A DNA stretch of 64,000 nt from Lepidodermella squamata (lineage: Eukaryota > Animalia > Gastrotricha): the NCBI GenBank assembly GCA_047495785.1, contig JBLDXI010000032.1, positions 124,001 to 188,000 of the forward strand. The letters are read 5' to 3'. The notes below the pieces were generated by a model. It saw only the letters and a program-made list of their open reading frames with translations, made no database searches and had not been told where the DNA came from. Below are positions 11,893-24,610 of the stretch, in pieces (within the stretch, counting starts at the first letter, position 1; the number at the start of each line of letters is the position of its first letter). Made by a program: the position numbers and the translations under genes.

Positions 11893-13834
11893 CTAATCAA
11901 TACCCAGGGTATACTCTTCAATAGGCGTATACGTGTAGGGAGGCGCAGCTGATTTGGAAACATTGGCTACGTAACCAACAAAAGCAAACGTCGATATGCC
12001 AACAGTGATCAAATATGTCAACAGAGCAAGCTCATTGAACATAGCAGCAGTTATGCATCGCCGCTTCCGGTTCTTGGGTTTTTCGGCAATTTTTTCGTCT
12101 GCTGATATCGGGTTGATTGCGTTCGTTTTCTGAAGACCATACAGAATAGCGTTCACGTTAGGTTTTGATGACATTGCTCGGTTTCCTGGGAATCCAGCAC
12201 GACGAGCGCTGCTACTTTCGCCATTCTCCTCCGCTTCTCTTGCGTCCATTTCCTCCTCGGCCTCTTCAAGACCTAAGAGTCTCATTATTGCAGCACAGAT
12301 AATGACTTCAACAGTTGTTAGGACTGAAAAGCGACTTGTTATCCCAGAATTACAATGAAAGATATATCATACGAATTTGAAAGATGTAAAAGATCAAAAG
12401 CATTGGAACCCGTCCGGAATCTGCGGGAATCGCGTCGACAAACAGCAGGAAAAGCAGGAAAAAAGCGAGAAGTGCTGTAATCACAGTTGTCATTTTCTCC
12501 TCCCCCTTCGCAGGAGTGATAAAGGTTGAAGCTTAAATTTTTCAAAATTAATTCACAGGAACTTTCATGGGAAAGAGTTTACCAGTCAGAATGCACACCA
12601 CAACTGTTTGAAAGAAAACATTTTTATCGGGGTCCAATGCTTATTGACTATTGACTTACGAATCGGAATTATAATGGTCCAAATGTAGTAGTAAGTTTTT
12701 CCTAGAGAAAGGCGTTTCACCTGAATTAGAACAACTTCTCTCATTTGTTATCTTACTCTTGAATGCCAAACAGAACATAATTCCTGGGACGCGGCTAGTG
12801 AAACGGACGGTCTGTCCCATTACATCCCTTGCAAATTACTCAATAAAACGGGAGTTTGACGTTTTGAGCCATAGCTTACCACATCGGATGGTCTGCAGAT
12901 TGATCGTCAAACGCCACCACAGCTCGGCTCTTGTCGGCTACGGTGTAATTGAGCTCACCTGCACTGTAGTGGGGCGATTGAAGCAACACATGGCAGTATT
13001 GCCTGTCCTAAAACAGCAATGTGTAAGAAACGTCTTGTTGACATGGCCTAAAAGCTTACGAATGGAAAGATGCTGAAGTCAAAGTCGCACGTCAGGGAGA
13101 ATTCGAAAGCAATCCGCCTAAGAAGCTCACAATTCCCGTATGTCAGACAATTAAAGAGAAAATTGTTACCAATCGACGTATCCATTACCACTAAGACTGA
13201 TAGGAAACTGAAATGAAAAGAAATACATGATTATTCTCTAATAACTACTAATGAACAAACCTTCTCCCAAGCCCAGGGGTAGAACACATCACTGTTATAG
13301 CGATATTAAGTAATCTATGATTTGACAAGCTTTTCCAAACGTACCTTGCTCCATTTTGGATGATGAAATACGGAAACCAGAGGTTAGTGGTCTTAGTTAA
13401 TAGTGTCTCGTTCAGACAAACTGATTTTTCACCCAGGGACAAGCGCTTATCGTGCCATCGGAAGTCAATTCTCGCCGTAAGAGAAACTGTCCCGTCTTTA
13501 TCGGACAGTTCGTTCACCGTAATCAAAATCAACTGGATTAAACGAGTATAATTAGCAAAAACATGCCACAAGAGACATTTACTTTTACCTTCATGTCGAG
13601 AGTAATAGGAATGACTGGCTGCGTCTTGGCATATTCAGGATATTTTTCTATATTGTCTGCGATTCTGGCATCGCACATGGCGTTGAGGGCTGAAATGTTT
13701 CTAGAGTTGGCCAGCAACAACTTCGATTCACTGCTACTTCCGGGAGAATCCCCAACATCAATCGGGGAATCTGTAGGACCCTGCGCATAGGTTCCGATCG
13801 CGGAAACCAAAAAGACGAAGCACTTCAAATTCAT
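11893..13834 (-). CDS. Multi-exon Cys-loop channel subunit LGIC-6 (subfamily C)
   Basis: Signal peptide, WFPYFIIQNG, split Cys-loop exons (CDFDFSIFPF / DRQYC), M2 GEEKMTTVITALLAF, M4 NELALLTY. Confidence 0.87.
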
Positions 13835-14219
13835 TTATTGAACCGTTTAATCCATGAATAATCGTTTAGAAGATCGCTATAAGAAGGTCAGATGACATAA
13901 TAATGATTATCACGCACACTTTTCAAGTGAACAAAGGAGAAAGATCGCCCCGGGATCGATTGTAGTAGAGACTTGATATTTCTCACGTGTTTCATTAATT
14001 TTTCAGATGTTTTTCCTTACATTAATCGCGTTTGGTTAGTGACAGCATTGTTCGCAGCCGACTCATTATTTATTCCAGCTACATTTTTTCGCGATCGTCT
14101 TCGCGACGGAGGGCAGAAAATAAAATCGTTGACACGCCACTTTTTTAGTCTCAATGCTTACATTTACGTTGATAGGAAAATATTTTATTTGAAGAACCAG
14201 TTCGATACTTATTACATAT

Positions 14220-16261
14220 TTAGTCTGTATTGACGCTATATTCTTGGATTGGTGAATAATTATACGGAGGCTTCGCGGCATTCTTTAGGCTGACAACGTA
14301 AGCGACGAACGCTACAACAGAAAATAAAACACTGACGATGTAAGCCAGCAACGCTATTTCATTGAATCTATCCGCCGACAAGCAACGACACCAACGTTTC
14401 GGCTTCGGCTTCATTTTTGCAGCAGCGGCTTCGACGATTTGCAAAGGTGTGACCACGTTTGTATGGTAGTTGTAAGCTGCTGTGTTTTGATCCGCTGTTT
14501 TGGCCTGCTGTAGCTGAGACGCTGCTCGGTTGCCTGGCTGCCTGTTGGCTGGTCTTACCGAGGTGAGATTGGACGCCTCGTTTTTTTCTTGCTCCGCCAT
14601 TTCCTCCTCTGCCTCCTCGATACCCAACAGCCGCATGATGACGGAACAAATGATAATCGCAAGGGTAGTTAGAACTAAAAGACAGCAAAACCAATACGTT
14701 CTCCAGTATTTTCATCCCAAAACTTACGGATTTGAACGATATAGAAAACGAGCAGGACAGGAAGCCTGCCCGAATCTGCTGGAATAGCATCGACAAAGAG
14801 GATAAAGAGTAGAAAAAAGGCGAGCAGGGCTGAGATGACAGTGCTCATTTTCTCCTCCCCTTTTGCAGGAACAACAAATGTCGTAGCTGGTTTCACAATT
14901 CGAAGTTCAAGTTCAAGTCATCAGTTGGTAAAGTCGACAACTTACCAGTTAGCAGGCAAATCACGACTGAAAGAAATAAAGTTATAATATTTGAAAATTA
15001 TGGGAAAAGCTCTCACCAATCGGTACAACAATGGTCCACATGTAGTAGTAGCTCTTCCCTGAAAAAAGAAGCAACTGAACGAGTCCCAACCTTTTGATCA
15101 AAATTACTTTGAAAGTGGAAGCAAAACATCAGCCCAGGAACTTGATCGGTGTACCTCACTGTTTGACCCATAACTTTCCTACATCATTTTAACACTTGAA
15201 GGATATTTCCTTTCGGTGAATGGAGGTTTTACCACATAGGATGGTCTGCTGATTGGTCATCAAGGCCAACGATACCTCTATCTTTATTTGCAATAGTGTA
15301 ATTTAGTTCGCCTTGGCTGTAGTGAGGGGATTGCAGGAGTAGGTAGCAGTATTGATTGTCCTAATTAAATTGGTGAAATTATTGCTGAGGATTTGAGACC
15401 AACTTACGAATGGAAAAACGGTGAAATCGAAATCACAGGTCAGCTTGAATTCGAAAGCAACTCGCCTAATTTGATAAAAGCAATAAGAAAATCGCGAGCA
15501 TCAGTAACTAAACTTACCAGTCCACGTAGCCATCGGCCCGTAGTGACACCGGAAACTTGAGAAAAAAATCAAATTGAAATTTTCAAGGGATTCGATATAT
15601 AAGTCGAAGATACCTTCTCCCAAGCCCATGGGTAAAAAACATCTCTGAAATAATGCAGAAAAGGATATATAATCGATATTAGTGAGCTGAAAACCTTACG
15701 TCGCTCCGTTTTGAATGATGAAATACGGAAACCAGAGGTTCTGAGTTTTCATCAGCAGTGATTCTCCTTTGCAAGTCTCCTTTACAACACTATCAGCAAG
15801 AGCCAGGCGGCGATCGTACCATCGAAAGTCGATTCGAGCTGTCAGAGAGATGGTGCCATCCTTATCAGAGAGCTCGTTGACAGTAATCAGAATAAGCTAG
15901 GGTACGCTTGTTGTGATTTCTATTGAGAGAAGTTCCAGTGGCTTACCTTCATATCGATTGTAATCGGAATAACAGGCTGCGTGCTAGAGGTGTTGCTCGC
16001 TCTCTCAGCGTTATCCGCAATTTGCGTGTCGCAGTAAGCATTTATGGCAGATATGTTCTGCGAATTCGCTAGCAGATACTGAGATTGCTTACTATTCCCA
16101 GGTTGCTCATTGGCATCATTTTTACTCGGCTCGGTCGTAGCAGATGTAGTCGAAGTTGAAGTTGATGTCGATGTTGACGAAGACATCATGCCATAATCTA
16201 CGCCGGTGTATTGGGCTGAACTTGCGGTTATCAGAAAGAAAACCCACAACATTTTTTTCAT
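14220..16261 (-). CDS. Multi-exon (about 11 exons) Cys-loop channel subunit LGIC-7 (subfamily C)
   Basis: Start MKKMLWVFF at 16261; CDFDFTVFPF/DNQYC; M2 GEEKMSTVISALLAF; paralogous to LGIC-6. Confidence 0.87.
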
Positions 16262-16503
16262 GTTATACTTTTCAATTATGACATGCCAAAGCTTGGCTAT
16301 TCTCATTTATTCGCACCAGTGTTTGGAATCAAGGCTTGTTGATCATCACGCCGAGCATCAATCAAATAATTTTGCCCTTGGGAACGAACCCTAGATTGAA
16401 GACTGAAAGCTGATTGATCTTTAGCAAGGTGTGAGCAACAGATGAATGGAAATTTCTTACCAGCATGAAGAAAGTTGCAACATTACTTAATCTAAGAAAC
16501 GAA

Positions 16504-18264
16504 ATGAAGGTAATAGCTTTTTTCTCGATCCTATTGCGAGTTGCGATGGCAGATTTTACAACAAGCGCCGCGGACTATAGCTGGACGACAACGGATGGAG
16601 ATTCTATCCCGACGACGCCGGAAGAAGCAGTAAGTAGTGGCGATTCGGGCGTAGTCTCTTCAAGCGAAACTGGCGATAGTGAGCGTGGGCGAAAGCTTCT
16701 GGCAAATTCCGTCAATGTAACAGCAGAAAACAATCGTTGCGACATATTAATAAACAACAATCTCAGATCGAAGCCAAAAATTAGCAGAACTCAGCCAGTA
16801 ATTCCTCTCACGATTGAAACACAGGTAAGAATCGTTACAAGTTTTGCGTATTTGACCTTCGAATTGTTAAGGTTATTCTCATCTCAATGACGGACTTGAC
16901 GGACGAAAGTGCAACGCTAAAAGTTACTGTTCGAGTTGATTTCACATGGTACGACCGCCGTCTGGCTCTTCCTAAAAATGAAAGTTGCGACCGTCAGACT
17001 CTGTTGCTGAATACACAGAAATTATGGTTTCCTTATTTCTTAGTTCAAAATGGAGCGAATGTAAGATTAATCAAATTCCTCCTTGATGACATAATATGGC
17101 TTGCTTACGACAGGACATTTTCTATCCTGAAGCTTTCGAAAGCTATCCAAGCATCTTGAGTGGAGATGGACGTATTGAGTGGTAAGCTTCATTATACGAG
17201 GTTTCATTTAAATTTAAGGTCATTTGTTTGCAGGCGTATGGCGTTTTACCTAGAACTAGCTTGGTATGACCTTGTACATCAGGATTTGATCGAAAATATT
17301 TTGTTCGATTCTAAGTGATATGGATGTCAGCACATTCCCTTTCGACACGCAGCAGTGTAAGATCATCATTCAGTCACCGCATTTCAAACACGGAGAGCTG
17401 AATTACACGGTGGCCGATAAAAGAAAAGCTGTTGTTCTATTGGCAGATGATGTCAATAACGCTGTTTGGGACATTTCAGGGCAATACGTCGAATTCACGG
17501 AAAGAGTGCCAGGAATCGTTTTCTGGATGGAGTTCGACAGGAAACCTCTGTTCTACATGTTTACTCTCGCATTCCCATTGGGTTCTTTAACTTTTATTTT
17601 TTATGTGGCTTTGATTGGGATTGTTTTTTATATAGTTGCAATATTTTTCCAAACTGCCGCGACCTTCATTGTCCCGGCAGCGTATAGCGAGAAGTTCTCA
17701 ACGGCAGTGTCTGGCCTGATGTCTTACTTCTTCATTTTCCTACTCTTTGTTGATACAATGCCCAAAACTGGCTTTCAAACAAGCCCGGCTTTGTTGAGTA
17801 TCTTTGGGTCTCAAATCGTTATCACTTCAATCGCCGTGCTTGCAACGAGCATCATCGGCCGATTAGTTTGCATGGAGAAGGAAGAAGAGGAGAATAATAA
17901 ACGAATTCGAGAGGCCCAAGAAAAGCTTGCCCCTGAAGGGACTCAATCCCATCAGCCGATTCCGAGAATTTATAGCTCGCTGTTCCAACGATCCACAGCT
18001 CCGAGGGTAGCTTCAAATGCTGTCGCTTCAACACAGCCTCAGAGATACGAAGCTAAAAATGACCTGCTTTCAAGAATGGCTGCCAAGTTCAAAAAAGCTA
18101 AAATTCACTCGGAGGCACTCAATGACATCTGTCTCATTGTTTACTCGGTCTGCGTCATTATTACTACGCTAGTGGCGATCGGTTATTTTGTCTACTGGAA
18201 CTTGAACACGGGCTACTTGAAGGTAAATACAACTCCAATCAAAGTCTATGAACCCTTAGTTTAA
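16504..18264 (+). CDS. Multi-exon (about 6 exons) Cys-loop channel subunit LGIC-8 (subfamily B)
   Basis: Signal peptide MKVIAFFS (alternative start 16465), CDMDVSTFPFDTQQC, M2 SEKFSTAVSGLMSY; the 314-aa ORF reads through an in-frame intron at about 17582-17635. Confidence 0.88.
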
Positions 18265-18337
18265 GTTTAGTGCTCAAAACTGAAAACCTTGTAATTATGT
18301 TTGATAAGGTCTATATCTCTGTGTGATATCTCTATTT

Positions 18338-20153
18338 TCACTCTCCGAATTGGAAAATCTCCACCGGCGTGACTGGAATGTAGTTACTTTGAGCAGTGCG
18401 ACCACTTCTCCCGACCGCAACTGCTACCACGTAGATGATCATTGAGTTGATAGTCAGAGCTATGTAAGCGACCAAACAGATGTCGTTGAACTTCTTCGAT
18501 GAGACACATCGCTTTTTGAGCCCAACCGCTGCATTGTGGACAAGATGAGCCGGTGAGAAGCGGCGCTGTCCTGCTGCGGATTGCGTGATTTTCATAACCC
18601 GGAAAGCGGAAATAGCACGGGAGCTTTTAAGGCGGCCAGAGAATTTACGAGTCGCTGATTCGACTCGTTTAGCCGCTTCTTCGTCTGCGATTTCCAAGCA
18701 AACCAGTCTACCCATAACCGCACAAGCGATGACAACCCCGATTGAAAATACTAAGTTTCGTTAACTAATAAAATCACTTCATGGAATCTTGAGCATTTTC
18801 ATACCTATTTGAACTGCGAAAAATATGAGAAGGTAGGGTATCTTCGTGCTTGTCTGCGGCATTGTTGACGATATCAGTAAGAACAGAAAGAAGTAGGACA
18901 GTAAACCAGCTGTTCCAGTGGATAGTTTCTCTCCATAATCCGCCGGAATGACGAACGTAGCTGGGAATCGAAGATGATAAAAAGATCTATGAAAATAGTC
19001 AATTTCTTACCCAGAGTTTGTAGAAAAACAGCAGCTGAAAATTTACAAAAATTACAAGTTGCTTAGTTTTAACAAGATAACTTTTACCCATAGGCAGGGC
19101 GAGGGTGTAGATGTAGTAAAGATGCTTTCCTAAATGTATCGAAAGTATGTATTAGGATCCGGTGTTAATAAAAGCTCATATACTTTCATATTGAATCCAG
19201 AAAGATAGCCCAGGAACTTCAGATAGGCCGGATACATATTGCCCAGTGATGCTCCAAAGTGGGTGAGATACGTCATCACTTAGCATCACAACAGCCCTAG
19301 ATTTGTTCCAAGTCTGAAATTTCAGCTCGTCCCTTTCGTAGTGCATCGATTCGATGATGAAAGGACACTGTTGGGTGTCGAAAGGAAACGTCGAAACATC
19401 GACATCGCAGGCTAGGGTAAACTGGAAGGCCATTCGCCACTCCAGAAGGCCGTGAGAATGAATTAGGATAGGAAAATTCTGGAAAGAATCTGGGTAGAAA
19501 ACGGTCTGCAAATCATAGTATTATTTTCAGCTAGAGAGCTTAGAGAGCTTCTTACATCGGCCCCATTTTGAACTACGAAATACGGAAACTGTAATCAAAG
19601 ATGAAATTGAATGCTTTATATGCGAGAAATTGAAAGTTCAGGTACCCAAAGCATAGTGGCAGGGACAATGAGCTTTTCCATTTCACAACCTATCTCATCT
19701 GGTAAGGCGAGACGAGCATCAAACCATCGCAGAGAAAGTTCAGCTGTTAATGAAACAACCCCGTTGACTATAGAAAGAGACACTGAGCGTAAACATGAAT
19801 ATGGAATAGACATTCTAACCATCTGAGATTCCATTCAGACTGATTACCACCAATTTAGCATCGACGACGGTTGGGGAGTGCGGTGCACTATTCGCGTCGT
19901 TCCGATTAGCTTGGAGGCTCAGATAAATCAGATGGTCGCATACTTTCGCTTCGGCGGTCAAATTGGCCGAATTCTTCCGAATCTCAGCGACTCGTTCACT
20001 TGGTTCCTCGCTATCATCATCCTCATGAGTTGGTGCGTCAGGGTTGTATTTGAATGGGAACACGCCTGTTACAGGGGTCTCAGCGGCGGAACTAACAAAG
20101 TTGAGCTTGAAGCTCAGAAGGAAAAAGTAAAAGGTCCACATTTTTAGTGTCAT
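18338..20153 (-). CDS. Multi-exon Cys-loop channel subunit LGIC-9 (subfamily D)
   Basis: CDVDVSTFPFDTQQC, M2 GEKLSTGTAGLLSY, M4 NDICLVAY; start ATG at 20153 or 20141. Confidence 0.87.
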
Positions 20154-20316
20154 CAATTTATTTCTGTGTCTTGATAAGACAAAGCAAGATGCTACCAATC
20201 AATTTACTTCAAAAATTGATGAATCAATTGTTAGCAAATCCCTCATCGATAAATATCTCGCGTGTTAGAGATGAACTATCTTAATTATTAAAATTGGTCA
20301 ATATTGCCATGGTTGA

Positions 20317-22195
20317 TTATTCTCCGTATTGGAACTCTTCGACGGGTGTGACCTTGACGTAGTTGCTAGCCGAGGTACGTCCTCCAAGCCCAACGGCAAC
20401 AGCCACAATATAAATAATCATTGAATTGACTGTCAAAGCGATGTAGCCAATCAAGCAAATGTCGTTGAACATCTTGGCAGAGATGCAGCGTTTTTTCAGA
20501 GATTTCGCAGCATTGTCAACAATTCTTGATGGGGAGAATCGGTGTTGCCCGGCCGCTGACAGGGTGATTTTCATGACGCGGAACGCTGAAACAGCTCGAG
20601 AGCTTTTAAGGCGGCCTGAGAATTTGCGAGTTGCTGATTCGACACGTTTAGCAGCCTCCTCATCTGCTATTTCGTGGCAGACCATTCTTCCCATGATACT
20701 GCAGACCACTACGACACCAATCGACAGAACTTTTTAAACGAAATGAGCAAATGAAGAAGATTTAATAAAGTTGTAGTCTTACTGATCTGAGTGGCAAAAA
20801 AGATGAGAAGATACGGGATTTTCGTACTTGTTTGGGGCATGGTGGATGATATCAGCAGAAATAGAAAGAAGTAGGAAAGCAGGCCTGCAGTTCCAGTCGA
20901 CAACTTCTCGCCATTATCCGAGGGCAGAACAAAAGTCGCTTAACATTCTCAAAATGAGGATTGTAGCAAAAGGAGAATTTAATCTTCTTACCTAAGGTTT
21001 GAAGGAAAACGGCAACTGAAAGATTATGATGATTAGTCAAGATTTAAAGGGTTCGCCATTCCTTACTCATAGGTAGAGCCAGGGTGAAGATGTAGTATTC
21101 ATATTTTCCTTTTGTAAATCGCATTAGGAAGAAGTGTAAATTTCTGAGTAAACTCACGCCTATACTCGATCCAGAATGTTAATCCGGGCACTTCATGGGT
21201 TTGCAACACAGCTTGGCCCATAATTTGCCACAGTGGATGATGGACGTGGTCACCGAGAAGAACTACGGCTCTAGATTTGTTCCAAGTTTGGAATACGAGC
21301 TCATCTTTCTCGAAGTGCATGGATTCAAAGGTGAAAGGACATTGCTGAACATCAAACGGGAACGTAGAGACGTCTACGTCACATGCGAGCGTGAATTTGA
21401 AGGCTACTCGCCACTCGAGCAGCCCATGCGAGTGGAGCAGAGTCGGGAAATTTTGAAACGAGTCTAGTCGTGTCATTGAATGACCATAGTTACAATATAT
21501 TTGGGCATTTCTTACCTGGGTAGAATACGCTCTGGTAATAAATATTGGAATATTATTAAATATCAGGATAGTCAATGATTAGTGCTTACATCGGCGCCGT
21601 TTTGAACAAGAAAGTAGGGGAACTGAATTTTCAAGAGGATAAGAAGATTGAAGTTAGTCATTTTCGGGAGATTCGGAAGATTACCCATAGATTTGTTGTA
21701 GGAACCTGCAGTTTTTCGAACTCACATCCAACTTCATCAGGTAAAGCCAGCCTGTGATCAAACCAACGCAGACCTAGTTCAGCAGTAAGCGAAACGACGC
21801 CATTAACTGTGAAAAAATTATTACAGATAAACATTTAGAGTTTAAGGTTCATTACCATCTGAAATTCCGTTAAGACTTATCACAACAAGTTTAACGTCGA
21901 CAACAGTTGGCGAGTACGGGGCGCTGTTTTTATCGTCGGCATTGGCGAGCAAATTGTTATAGATCAAATGATCACAGACTTTCGCCTCTTCTGTTAAGTT
22001 TTCGGAATTGGCCCGGACCTTCATCACCTCTTCACTCGGTTCTTCGCTGTCATCATCAGCCAAGCTAACCCCGTCAGGGTTGTACTTGAAGTGAAAAACG
22101 CCAGTAGTACGCTTCTCTTCAGATTCTGCGGCGACTAGTCCAAAACCGACCAAGGCAATTATCAAGCCGGAGGAGAGAAGATTTCCTTGCGGCAT
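20317..22195 (-). CDS. Multi-exon Cys-loop channel subunit LGIC-10 (subfamily D)
   Basis: Signal peptide, CDVDVSTFPFDVQQC, GEKLSTGTAGLLSY; tandem paralog of LGIC-9 and LGIC-11. Confidence 0.87.
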
Positions 22196-22447
22196 CTTAT
22201 CTTTTTACAACTAAAACAAACTCATCCTTCAATGGATTCAGTTGGACTCTTAATGATTTAATAATTAAACACCCTTCACAACGGCCCTACGGTGCTAGCA
22301 AGTCTATCTTTTGTTCGAGAGTTTCTCAGCTCGATAAGCGTTCGATTTCATTAATTATCGATGAAGCTTCATGGTTTATATTAAACTTTGTAAACATCAG
22401 TCTGAAATTAGGACGACTAATTAAGTTCATGGATCAAGGTTAGCTGT

Positions 22448-24366
22448 TCACTCTCCATATTGAAATTCTTGAACTGGGGTGACTTTGACGTAATTGCTGG
22501 AGGATGTTCGATTCCCAAGACCAACAACAACAGCTACTACGTAGATGACCATTGAATTGACTGTTAAAGCGATATAGCCGATAAGGCAGATGTCGTTAAA
22601 CATTTTTGAGGAGATGCATCGCTTTTTCAGAGATTTCGCAGCAGATTCGACTAGTTTCGTGGGGGTGAATCGCTGCTGACCGGCGGCTGATTTCGTAATT
22701 TTCATGACACGAAATGCGGAAACAGCTCGAGCACTTTTGATGTGACCGGAGAACTTTCGAGTGGCTGATTCTACTCGCTTAGCTCTTTCTTCATCGGCGA
22801 TCTCCAGGCAAACTAGGCGACCCATAATACTGCAGACTATGACCACTCCAATAGAAAGTACTGAAAGATAGATACCATAATATTGATTCAATAACTGCTT
22901 CCTCAGCTTACTGATTTGGATTGCGAAAAAAATGAGTAGATAAGGAATTTTCGTGCTGGTTTGAGGCATGGTCGATGAAATAAGGAGGAACAAAAAGAAA
23001 TAGGACAGAAGTCCAGCTGTTCCTGTCGACAGTTTTTCGCCATTATCCGGAGGCAAAACAAAGGTCGCTGCGAAATGGAGCAGAATATACATGTTTATCA
23101 CAAGATAACTAAGCAACGAACCAAGTGTTTGAAGAAACACAGCAACTGCGGGTAACAAATTACAAGAAATTCCTGTCATTTTCAGCATTTAAAGTTCCTT
23201 ACTCATAGGAAGTGCCAAGGTGTAGATGTAATATTGGTATTTCCCTAAATTAAATCCGCCATAATCGAAATTCTTGACAAGCAGGAGGCTTATTCTTACT
23301 TCTGTACTCCATCCAGAACGTCGCACCTGGGACTTCATGATTGAATACCACAGCTTGTCCAGTCACTTGCCTGAAAATAACCGCAAAATTTAAATATGGG
23401 AATCAATAAAGGGTGTTTACCACAGGGGATGGTTAACGTCGTCGTTTATCATAACTACAGCTCGAGACTTGTTCCAAGTTTGGAACACAAGCTCGTCCTG
23501 TTCGTAATGAGGCGATTCGAATATGAACGGACACTGTTGAATGTCGAAGGGAAATGATGATACATCGACATCGCACGAGAGGGTGAACTGAAAAGAAACT
23601 TTCCATTCCAACAAGCCATGAGAATGAACAAGGGTTGGAAAATTCTGGAAAGAATCTGAGATAACAAAAATCCTTTAAGATCTTATGGTTTAATGGTGAT
23701 CCGCAGCAAAACCTGGGTAGAATATCGCCTGGAATAATTAAAATTTGTTTAAAAATGAGACATTAATCATTAATCTAAGCCAACTTACATCTGCGCCGTT
23801 AGATAGCAAAAAATAGGGAAACTATTGTGATTAAGATTAAGGATCAAATAAGTTTGTCATTTGTTATCAGATAATCATACCCATATATTTGTTGTAGTAA
23901 CTTGAAGCGATTCTGACTCACATCCAATTTCATCGGGTAAAGCAACTCGATGATCAAACCAGCGGAAGGCAAGTTCAGCGGTCAGTGAGACAACTCCACT
24001 AACTACATACAGAGATTAAGCCATTCTGGCCATTGAAAAGCTTAAATTACCATCTGAAATGCCGTTCAAGCTGAGTAACAGTAATTTCACGTCGACGATA
24101 GTTGGTGAACTGGGAGCACTATTCTTATCATCAGCACTGGCTTGTAAACTCGCGTAGATCAGATTATCACAAACTACAGCTTCGGCAGTAAGATTTGCTG
24201 AATTTTTTCGGATTGCCATTACTTCCTCATTCGGCTCGAAACTGTCATCATCCTCCAAAGTCATGGCATCAGGATCATAGCGAAATGTGAATATGCCAGT
24301 TCTTGCATTGTTTTCATCACAAACCGCTAACTTGAATGCAAGTATAAGAAGCAGAGCCAGCTTCAT
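22448..24366 (-). CDS. Multi-exon Cys-loop channel subunit LGIC-11 (subfamily D)
   Basis: Start MKLALLLIL at 24366, CDVDVSSFPFDIQQC, GEKLSTGTAGLLSY. Confidence 0.87.
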
Positions 24367-24610
24367 TTTTGATTGAGACCTACGCACGGCGATGAAAAAC
24401 TGGGTTGGGCAATTATTAAAGTGATCCATTTTTTACTTCTATAATTCTTTCGAGTACAACTCATTAACGATTCTGTTGCAAGAAGTCTTTAATTTATTTA
24501 TCAGATTGGTAACAACGCTTCGATTTTTCCCATGTTTTTCCCAACCATGAATTAGTAATTAAGTTTCTGTTAAATATCGATTCAGCTTTCAGCCATTCAA
24601 TTGGTTGCTT

